This document shows, in pieces, positions 17,596 to 24,492 of a DNA stretch of 26,556 bases. Made by a program: the position numbers and the translations under genes. Where the stretch lies: positions 1 through 26,556 of IMG/VR virus record IMGVR_UViG_3300043447_000329. One strand, given 5' to 3'. The first letter of the stretch is position 1. Every line of letters starts with the position of its first letter. The DNA is from a virus. Taxonomy: Duplodnaviria; Caudoviricetes. A model generated the notes under the pieces. That model worked only from the letters and a program-made list of their open reading frames with translations, was not told where the DNA came from and did not search any database.

Positions 17596-17663
17596 GTATC
17601 AGGAGAGAGGTACATTTATTTTTGTCATATCCCCAAGGGTTTCTAACTTTTGGGGATTTTTTT
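17596..17663 (+). ncRNA. Candidate antisense sRNA 2
   Basis: Promoter, ~32-nt single-stranded segment, then terminator. The segment is complementary to the start of the mRNA of the gene at 19402 (13/13 seed plus extension over the AUG). Confidence 0.5.
17629..17663 (+). terminator. Intrinsic terminator
   Basis: ATCCCCAAGGGTT-tct-AACTTTTGGGGAT followed by T6. Confidence 0.8.
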
Positions 17664-17776
17664 ATTTTAAAAATTTAATTGTACTTTATAAAGAACTTCT
17701 TGTTAATATCCTATTTTTCTTGGTATTCTAATATTTTTGTTGTACTTTTCTAATAGTTATATAAAAAAAATACAAT

Positions 17777-17926
17777 ATGTTAAATTTACTTATAGGTCTC
17801 TTCGTTTTATGTTCCTCATTTGGGATTACATTATCTAAAGTACAAACTCAATATGGAGTTCGTAAACAACGTCAACACATCAAACCATTAACTTTGGATA
17901 AAGATGTGTTACAACATAACTCTTGA
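17777..17926 (+). CDS. Small single-TM protein (49 aa)
   Basis: Not in the track: MLNLLIGLFVLCSSFGITLSKVQTQYGVRKQRQHIKPLTLDKDVLQHNS. TAGTTATA at 17754-17761. Overlaps the convergent gene by 18 nt. Confidence 0.5.
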   Translation: MLNLLIGLFVLCSSFGITLSKVQTQYGVRKQRQHIKPLTLDKDVLQHNS

Positions 17927-19402
17927 CCCAATCAAGAAGTTATTAAGCATTGGTGAACCTGGTTCGGTATTTAAATTTAATTTATAGTTAAAGCTAAATC
18001 CGAATCTCTTGGTTATTTTATAATCAATACTACTACCCAATAAGAAACCAACTTGTCTACCCACCATAGTACCTCCTGTGAATGTATTATACCCCAATGG
18101 TGAATACATAGTAAAAATTTGTGGCGATATCGTCAATTTCTTACTATACTGATACGGTTTAGTCCAAAATACAACGGCAGAAGTTGATAGACTCGTTGTA
18201 TATGATTCTTCTCCTTTCATTAATAAAGTTATTAAACCGATATTATAACCATACGTACCTAATTTTGGGTGAGGTTTAATCCAAGTGTAACCTAATAACC
18301 CCATTAACGTTCCTTTTAAATACGCTGACGTAAATGAATAACTATTAATTGAGTTTAATTGACCCTTATCTGTTAATTTCATTACTGTCACACCTGAGGA
18401 TAAAGCAAATTGGTCAAATGTGGAAAACGCCATACCATTTAGACTATATGACTTATCACCCATTAAAGAAGATTTAGACAAACCAACAGTCATAGCTAAT
18501 GAATAACTTCCATCTGGTGATTGTGCGGTTGTTAAATCAGAGGCGATTAACATCGGATTCATATTTTGTTGTTTTTTCTTTTCCTCTTTTTTCTTTTCTT
18601 CCTTTTTTTCTTCCTTTTTTTCTTCCTTTTTTTCTTCTTTCTTCTCTTCCTTTTTTTCTTCCTTTTTTTCCTCAGATTTTTTTTCTTCTTTTTTTTCCTC
18701 ATTCTTACTTTCCGATTTTTTTTCTTCCGACTTACTTTCCGATTTTGATTCACTCTTACTTTCTGATTTTGTTTCAGATTTAGTTTCAGTCTTTGTTTCA
18801 GTTTTACTTTCCGAAGATGAAGACGAACTTCCACTATTAGAAGATGAGCTATTAGAAGATGAAGAACTACTAGGTGGTGGAGTACTTGATGATGAACTTG
18901 GTGGTGGTGTACTCGCCGCAGCACTCGAACTTGCGGCAGACGACGCACTCGAACTTGCCGCACTTGATGCTGAACTACTTGCGGCCGAACTTGCAGCGGT
19001 AGAGGCCGCATTACTAGCGGCAGATGATGCACTTGAACTTGCAGCATTTGCGGCCGCGTTCGCCGCGGCATTTGCGGCCGCAGCAGCTGCTTGTGTAGTT
19101 GCTGCTGCTACTTGTTGAGTAACCGTTTGTTGAACAACTATATTAGTTGGACAAGCCATACTATTATATGCCGCATATGTTTGTTGTAACCAAGCTTGTA
19201 ACACCCCACTTTGAACTTGTGCGGGTGTGAATGTTTTTATTTGATTATAGAACATAACAACTGCATTACCATTAACATATGTGGTTGTTGCAATTTTAAT
19301 TTCACCAGAACATTTATCAACAAATGTTTGGGTCATTATCGTTTGACCTTTAGATGTGAAACTTAACAATATTATCAGGAGAGAGATAAATATTTTTTTC
19401 AT
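17909..19402 (-). CDS. Exported protein with a long low-complexity stalk and putative C-terminal beta-barrel
   Basis: Signal peptide, two-Cys N-domain, Ala/Ser, Pro/Ser, ETKS and EKKE tracts, then alternating beta-strands ending in FLIGSRVML. Confidence 0.7.
   Translation of the reverse strand: MKKIFISLLIILLSFTSKGQTIMTQTFVDKCSGEIKIATTTYVNGNAVVMFYNQIKTFTPAQVQSGVLQAWLQQTYAAYNSMACPTNIVVQQTVTQQVAAATTQAAAAAANAAANAAANAASSSASSAASNAASTAASSAASSSASSAASSSASSAASSSAAASTPPPSSSSSTPPPSSSSSSNSSSSNSGSSSSSSESKTETKTETKSETKSESKSESKSESKSEEKKSESKNEEKKEEKKSEEKKEEKKEEKKEEKKEEKKEEKKEEKKKEEKKKQQNMNPMLIASDLTTAQSPDGSYSLAMTVGLSKSSLMGDKSYSLNGMAFSTFDQFALSSGVTVMKLTDKGQLNSINSYSFTSAYLKGTLMGLLGYTWIKPHPKLGTYGYNIGLITLLMKGEESYTTSLSTSAVVFWTKPYQYSKKLTISPQIFTMYSPLGYNTFTGGTMVGRQVGFLLGSSIDYKITKRFGFSFNYKLNLNTEPGSPMLNNFLIGSRVML
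18570..18810. repeat. Coding 12-nt tandem repeats (EKKE / ESKS / ETKS units)
   Basis: Iterated (TTTTTTCTTCCT)-like units inside the 497-aa gene. Confidence 0.85.
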
Positions 19403-19411
19403 TATTCTTTT

Positions 19412-20143
19412 TTAATCCATCAATTTTAAATTGTAATCGTTTATTGTGAAGGGACTATAAACTGAATACCTAACATTATCAGATAAATTTTCAGTCACTT
19501 CGTGTGTGTAGTTATATTTTTGATGCTCTATCAAAATACATTTTCTGTAATCCGGTATAACATCAACAATTCCGTTTTCGGAATACAACTTTAAAATCGA
19601 ACCTTCTTCTATTGTTCTATTATCATTTAAAAAAAATAAAATAGTAAATAAACGATTACCGTCAGGATCATTATCCGTATGTTTCCTAATAAATGAACCT
19701 TTTGGGTAAACATTTATATTACCCATTAAACTTTCCTTATGTTCGTTCTTAACATTCTTACCAAACAAATCGAATAATATTTTTTCATATACATTCGATA
19801 AAATCGAATAGGTTCCATTATCTTTTAAACATTGTATTGGGTGAGTTAAAAAGAAATTAAAATAATCCTTATCGTCAAACCCAAATTCCCCATTTAAATT
19901 TCTCAGAAATTTAAAATCATCATATGTAATTTGATAATCAGAATCAATTCGATTATATCTTAATAAATCAATATCTTTAAATGTATTTTGTAGACTATCT
20001 GACCATTGTAAAAACCCTAAAGCACTTTTAATTTCGTTCAAGTTGATATTAAAATTATTTATCAATTCACCTAAACGTATAAATTCATTATTATCTAATA
20101 AATTTTCTAATTCGTAAACTTTATAATCGAAATCTAAAATCAT
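19412..20143 (-). CDS. 2OG-Fe(II) oxygenase
   Basis: FIRKHTD (HxD), RLFTILFFLN, HEVT, RYS. Confidence 0.85.
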   Translation of the reverse strand: MILDFDYKVYELENLLDNNEFIRLGELINNFNINLNEIKSALGFLQWSDSLQNTFKDIDLLRYNRIDSDYQITYDDFKFLRNLNGEFGFDDKDYFNFFLTHPIQCLKDNGTYSILSNVYEKILFDLFGKNVKNEHKESLMGNINVYPKGSFIRKHTDNDPDGNRLFTILFFLNDNRTIEEGSILKLYSENGIVDVIPDYRKCILIEHQKYNYTHEVTENLSDNVRYSVYSPFTINDYNLKLMD

Positions 20144-20952
20144 TATTTATTATTTAATCCTATACCAAATTCGGTATATCCTCTTATTGGGTCTCTATCT
20201 AATTTTAATGTAAAAAATTTGAAGTCTTTAATTAAACCAATTTTAAATGTCGTAAAATTTGAATTAGATTTTGGAAACGATATTCCACCAAGGTCATCTT
20301 TACCTTGATATCTAATCACCTCATTACCAAAACCTATCATTCCGTGAATACCTAAACTTCCGTACCTTTTACCAACACCAAGATATAATGCACCTTGTTT
20401 AATGAAGTCATTTTTACTCAAAGGAAAATCTACTTCGTTAATTTTACCGTAAGGAAAATATTGATTTCGGTCAATTTCGTAAGTTGTAACATAGTTTATT
20501 ATGAAATAGCTCTTACCACCACCAATTTCACCCCAATAAGACATTTGTTTGTTAGTTGTGTGACCAAGACCTACTGTGTAGTAAATTGGTTTTGAAATTG
20601 TGTCTCGTTTACCATTTTCATAAATTCTAATTTCACTTCTTTGTCTCCACCCATAGTTATCGTACCAAATATATGGGTAAGGTTGGTACCATCCGAATGC
20701 GTTATAGTGTAACCCATATGGATTTACAATTGTTGGTCTCCATCTACGAACTAATGGTTTGTCGGGAATTGATTGACCAGGTCTAATTGGTTCCGTTTGA
20801 GTTCTCCATCTACTAACATCACTTCTTTGAGGTATTGATGGTTGAATTCTCGGTGATTCGACACGTTGTTGTGGAGGATTACTTCTCCAAGATGACACTT
20901 GACCAAATAGGAATGTCGGAATTAATAGGATTGTGAATAAAATCGTTTTCAT
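20143..20952 (-). CDS. Exported protein, putative small outer-membrane beta-barrel with an R/P/W/Y-rich N-terminal region
   Basis: Signal peptide and amphipathic strands (LYLGVGKRY, FKIGLIKDF, TEFGIGLN). Confidence 0.65.
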   Translation of the reverse strand: MKTILFTILLIPTFLFGQVSSWRSNPPQQRVESPRIQPSIPQRSDVSRWRTQTEPIRPGQSIPDKPLVRRWRPTIVNPYGLHYNAFGWYQPYPYIWYDNYGWRQRSEIRIYENGKRDTISKPIYYTVGLGHTTNKQMSYWGEIGGGKSYFIINYVTTYEIDRNQYFPYGKINEVDFPLSKNDFIKQGALYLGVGKRYGSLGIHGMIGFGNEVIRYQGKDDLGGISFPKSNSNFTTFKIGLIKDFKFFTLKLDRDPIRGYTEFGIGLNNK

Positions 20953-21128
20953 ACACTTTTAGTTAAAATTGTTGTTATTATATAACCGGTTATTATAGGA
21001 ACAGGGGAAAATATTAGAAAAAAAAATAATAATCTCCAAACCAACGGATCTACGTTAGTGTGATGACCCAATCCCTCACATACACCAAAAAACACTTTAT
21101 TATCGTATATTCTATAAAACTTCTTCAT
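20949..21128 (-). CDS. pspC: PspC domain membrane protein (59 aa)
   Basis: Not in the track: MKKFYRIYDNKVFFGVCEGLGHHTNVDPLVWRLLFFFLIFSPVPIITGYII..., with the GVCxGL...D...R signature. Overlaps the next gene by ATGA. Confidence 0.85.
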   Translation of the reverse strand: MKKFYRIYDNKVFFGVCEGLGHHTNVDPLVWRLLFFFLIFSPVPIITGYIITTILTKSV

Positions 21129-21132
21129 ATCT

Positions 21133-21140
21133 TATAAATA
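21133..21140 (-). promoter_or_regulatory. TATTTATA motif (putative late promoter)
   Basis: 4 nt before the pspC ATG, immediately after a terminator. Confidence 0.6.
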
Positions 21141-21141
21141 T

Positions 21142-21167
21142 AAAAAAAGGGGTTATTACACCCCTTT
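21142..21167 (-). terminator. Intrinsic terminator
   Basis: AAAGGGGT-tattac-ACCCCTTT with A7 on plus. Confidence 0.75.
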
Positions 21168-21192
21168 GTTATACATTCTTTAAAATTGTTAA

Positions 21193-21915
21193 TTATTTAG
21201 TAAAAATACCCTTTTTAATCATCCTATCAAGAATATTGGCACAAGCTATGTCTAATGCTTTTTTAGTTGCAATTGATATTGTTGATTGATTAAATTTAAT
21301 CGGGTCTACGGTTGCGTCAGATAATAATGTTAATTCCCTTCTTGTTGTGGCCTCACCTAAACCTGAAGCCCCAAATAGGACACCAGTCTCGGCGTCGGTA
21401 AATCTAACCTGTAAACCAATACGAGTTACCATATTATCTTTAATACCATCTTTTAAATTAATAGTCTCATCTTCCGATATGGAGTAATCATAACATTCAA
21501 TTGTAACAAAGTATTTTGCTAAATTAATCTTACCACGACCATCTAATTTATTTTCAGAAATACCCGCTTGTGAGGCTTGGAATTGTTTTACCATACGATT
21601 CTTAATCTCCGTCTTATCTTCGGTAAATTTGAATCTATTCAAGTTTTCAAGATACTCCATTGATATATTAGCAACACCTAAACCTACACGTTTTTCCTTT
21701 AATTCAGGGTACATTTCATAAATTTCATCCGATATACCACATTTAAGAATTTGAATCGGTATTTGAGGACCTTCATAGTCCATATATGCGGAAATATCTC
21801 TTTTCTTTTCAAAATCCGCTTTATACTGTTCAGTTTTGGTTGAACCTATTGTTTGTCCATTAACGGCAACAGCGCTTAATAAAAAACCACTTAATAATAC
21901 TAATAATTTTTTCAT
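21193..21915 (-). CDS. CsgG/TolB-N-like exported protein
   Basis: Signal peptide, LENLNRFKFTE (cf. L..sgrF.vvE), AKYFVT, and IGLQVRFTDAETG...ASGLGEA pattern of the CsgG-like fold. Confidence 0.6.
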   Translation of the reverse strand: MKKLLVLLSGFLLSAVAVNGQTIGSTKTEQYKADFEKKRDISAYMDYEGPQIPIQILKCGISDEIYEMYPELKEKRVGLGVANISMEYLENLNRFKFTEDKTEIKNRMVKQFQASQAGISENKLDGRGKINLAKYFVTIECYDYSISEDETINLKDGIKDNMVTRIGLQVRFTDAETGVLFGASGLGEATTRRELTLLSDATVDPIKFNQSTISIATKKALDIACANILDRMIKKGIFTK

Positions 21916-21918
21916 ACA

Positions 21919-22152
21919 TTACATTTCTTTTAAACAAATTTTGTCTAATTCTTCTTGTCTAAGTGCTACGGTAGAAATTACATCTTCATTATCCGATAAA
22001 ATGTTCACTAACCACAAACCTAAACGTTTATCACCAATTTCAATTTTTTGACCCTCAATAAATCCCATTTCCATCATTCTTAGTCTCAAACAAGGTGTAC
22101 ATTTCTGACAATTTAATGGTTCTGGTATGTCTATGATGTCATAAATCTTCAT
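21919..22152 (-). CDS. feoA: FeoA-family SH3-like protein
   Basis: RLRMMEMGFIEGQKIEI...VALRQEE..KI, plus an extra CxxCxxC. Confidence 0.75.
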   Translation of the reverse strand: MKIYDIIDIPEPLNCQKCTPCLRLRMMEMGFIEGQKIEIGDKRLGLWLVNILSDNEDVISTVALRQEELDKICLKEM

Positions 22153-22157
22153 ATCAG

Positions 22158-22385
22158 TTATTTTTTCGGACCTTCATACCATATATTATCTGGATTATTT
22201 TTAAAAGTTCCGTCTATTTTCCAAGATATTTGATTTGATAAATTTCTAGCTCTTTCTTCTTGACCCGTAAAATGTAGGTATATACCAAAGCTTTGAAAAC
22301 TTAATGCAAAAACAAGCCAAATACCAACCAATCCAAGATAAAGTTGGAAAATTTTTTCTCCAATGTTTTTAAATGATAAAGTCAT
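22158..22385 (-). CDS. Small membrane protein (75 aa)
   Basis: One hydrophobic helix. TATTTATA 13 nt upstream. Confidence 0.7.
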   Translation of the reverse strand: MTLSFKNIGEKIFQLYLGLVGIWLVFALSFQSFGIYLHFTGQEERARNLSNQISWKIDGTFKNNPDNIWYEGPKK

Positions 22386-22398
22386 AAAATATTTTATA

Positions 22399-22406
22399 TA
22401 TAAATA
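22399..22406 (-). promoter_or_regulatory. TATTTATA motif (putative late promoter)
   Basis: Between a terminator and ATG 22385. Confidence 0.55.
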
Positions 22407-22411
22407 TATCG

Positions 22412-22440
22412 AAAAAAAAAGGAGGATTTAAATCCTCCTT
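22412..22440 (-). terminator. Intrinsic terminator
   Basis: 22-bp palindrome AAGGAGGATTTAAATCCTCCTT with A9 on plus. Confidence 0.8.
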
Positions 22441-22447
22441 CTTTATA

Positions 22448-22696
22448 TTAACCTTCGATTTCTTCTTTCTTTTTATGAGAGAATTTATCCATAGTATCGG
22501 CACCCATCCCAATTCCTGTAATAATCATTACCGCATTCACCAACTCAGGTGATGGTGCGAAATCCGCGTGAGAGAACGAATTTAAAATCATTGTAATACA
22601 TAGAAATAATGCTCCAATAAATGCTATCACTGGTTTTACCGAAATTGATCCCCTTTCATCTTTGAAAAGTTCAATAACCCATTCTTTAAAATTCAT
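22448..22696 (-). CDS. Two-TM membrane protein (holin-like topology)
   Basis: Two hydrophobic helices and a charged C-tail. No endolysin is visible in the window. Confidence 0.65.
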   Translation of the reverse strand: MNFKEWVIELFKDERGSISVKPVIAFIGALFLCITMILNSFSHADFAPSPELVNAVMIITGIGMGADTMDKFSHKKKEEIEG

Positions 22697-22734
22697 TTTT
22701 GTCGTTTTTATATTAGTTTATTTGGTCGTTTTAA

Positions 22735-23343
22735 TTATCCTTCCATATGCATTTCAGCATATTCGTCTTTAATTTTACCACATTTCAAACATTCTTCAGT
22801 ACCATCACCGTCTAAATCACCCCAAACGTGTTCACATTGTCTGTGTGCAAAATATTCATCAATTTTACCATCACCATCAAAATCTAAACCATCCATTACA
22901 CCATCACCGTCTTCATCGATTTCAACACCTTTCTTTTCTACTTTTGGAGTTTCAATTTCTACAATTTCTTGTATCGTCGATTCTGACAGTACTAATGGTG
23001 CGGTTGACATTGGTATAATCGGAGTATTAGGACCATCGGCAGTATTACTTAATGATATACCGTCTTCCTCGTCCATTTTTTGAACTAACATCTTATCTTT
23101 ATCAGTATCACTGAACCAATAATCGATAATTTTACCATAAGACCCGATAAAGGCACCCAATAACAATAATAGAAGTTCTTTCCACTCCCCCTCAATTGTT
23201 GATTTATTCAGAATAGCACCGAATATACCCATTATGATAATCATAAAACCACCTAATACGATGGCCGTGATGAACCATCTACGCTTCATCATACTACTCA
23301 ATAATTCTTTGAACCCACTTGGTGGTTGTTGTTGTTCACTCAT
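22735..23343 (-). CDS. Two-TM membrane protein with DxDxDG Ca-binding-like loops and a Cys/His cluster
   Basis: DEDGDG, DFDGDG, DLDGDG, and CEHVW...CLKC. Confidence 0.75.
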   Translation of the reverse strand: MSEQQQPPSGFKELLSSMMKRRWFITAIVLGGFMIIIMGIFGAILNKSTIEGEWKELLLLLLGAFIGSYGKIIDYWFSDTDKDKMLVQKMDEEDGISLSNTADGPNTPIIPMSTAPLVLSESTIQEIVEIETPKVEKKGVEIDEDGDGVMDGLDFDGDGKIDEYFAHRQCEHVWGDLDGDGTEECLKCGKIKDEYAEMHMEG

Positions 23344-23434
23344 CTTTTTTTTCTATTTTAAAACTATATCTTATTAGGAACAATAATAATCCCATAAAGA
23401 ATACTATTGTTCCGATTTGATAATAAATTACCAT
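23336..23434 (-). CDS. Possible 32-aa single-TM microprotein
   Basis: MVIYYQIGTIVFFMGLLLFLIRYSFKIEKKDE fills the gap and overlaps both neighbours. Confidence 0.5.
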   Translation of the reverse strand: MVIYYQIGTIVFFMGLLLFLIRYSFKIEKKDE

Positions 23435-23742
23435 TGAGCAGGTTTTTCCTTAAACTCGTCACCTTCTTTTTTCTTTACAGGTGCCGCTGGTTTAGCAGGT
23501 TCTACCGATTTTTCTTTAATAATAACAGTCTTACCACCTGCGGCTTGTTGTTGTGCCTGTTGGTTTGAATTTGTAATATTAATCACAGGTGCCGCTTGTT
23601 GTACCGGAGTCTCCTCTTTATCTCCACCCGTTAATTGTGTTGTGAACCAACCACCTACACCTAGTGTAATGGTTGATACAAGTCCTAATAGGATGTTCTT
23701 TAATGAACCACCTGTACTTTCTGATTTTTCTTCTTCTGCCAT
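23428..23742 (-). CDS. Single-TM protein with a disordered Gln/Pro/Lys tail
   Basis: ILLGLVSTITLGVGGWF helix. 104 aa. Confidence 0.7.
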   Translation of the reverse strand: MAEEEKSESTGGSLKNILLGLVSTITLGVGGWFTTQLTGGDKEETPVQQAAPVINITNSNQQAQQQAAGGKTVIIKEKSVEPAKPAAPVKKKEGDEFKEKPAQW

Positions 23743-23766
23743 TGTATTTTGTTTTATATATTATAA

Positions 23767-24138
23767 TTATTGTACTTTATTAAAATCTGTAATTCCTAAT
23801 TGTTTTCCGTTAGAATCAAATAAACCAATTCTATATGCTGATGATGGTAATGCGTTGGTGTAAACTTTTAAAAGATTGTCGCCAGCAACAACATTCATCG
23901 TTTCTTTAGATACTACTCTATTGGCGATATCAAATATTTTAACTGTTACCGAACCCGCCGTTTCAGTTTTAACATTCATTGCAACTTCAGATGTTACAAA
24001 AGCAGTTTGTAACTTAATACCCACTGAACTTGTCATCTTAAGTTCCTCCGATACTGACTGAGGTGTTGGTACTATATCCTCTTTATAACAACCTGTTAAA
24101 ATTGTGGATATTAGTACAATTGAGAGAATTTTTTTCAT
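23767..24138 (-). CDS. Lipoprotein consisting mostly of a T9SS type-A CTD-like Ig domain
   Basis: LTGC lipobox, then VTVKIFDIANRVV...NALPSSAYRIGL...TDFNK. Confidence 0.65.
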   Translation of the reverse strand: MKKILSIVLISTILTGCYKEDIVPTPQSVSEELKMTSSVGIKLQTAFVTSEVAMNVKTETAGSVTVKIFDIANRVVSKETMNVVAGDNLLKVYTNALPSSAYRIGLFDSNGKQLGITDFNKVQ

Positions 24139-24150
24139 TTTTGTTAATTT

Positions 24151-24492
24151 TTAATTTATAATTATTTTTGTCTTTTTTAATTCATTTTTATTCACATCCT
24201 CAAGTACTAAATATAAATATCCCTTAGGTAATGAATTAGTAAAAATCTTCTTTACATTTTCACCACTTTGTCCAATAAACCTTTCCCGACTTATAACTTG
24301 ATTAGTGTTGATGTCAATCAAACTTAACATAAACGTACCCGCTGACGGTAAATCAAAATATATAGATTGTCCGTTTATTACCTTACTTTCACCTACATTA
24401 AATATCTTTTCAACTGGCGCAATTGGTGTTGGTATATCTACTTTTGTACACCCAACCAATAAAAAAAATGGTATTAATATTATCTTTTTCAT
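24151..24492 (-). CDS. Lipoprotein with a T9SS CTD-like Ig domain (paralogue-like of its neighbour)
   Basis: LVGC lipobox, then LSLIDINTNQVI...NSLPKGYLYLVL...TKIIIN. Confidence 0.6.
   Translation of the reverse strand: MKKIILIPFFLLVGCTKVDIPTPIAPVEKIFNVGESKVINGQSIYFDLPSAGTFMLSLIDINTNQVISRERFIGQSGENVKKIFTNSLPKGYLYLVLEDVNKNELKKTKIIIN

Noticed and set aside
18570-18810. Tandem repeats as a possible CRISPR array
   Set aside because: In-frame 12-nt coding repeats with no unique spacers and no cas genes.
22419-22440. GGAGG/CCTCC as an SD or anti-SD decoy
   Set aside because: Fully explained as a terminator stem with a U-tract after the gene ending at 22448.
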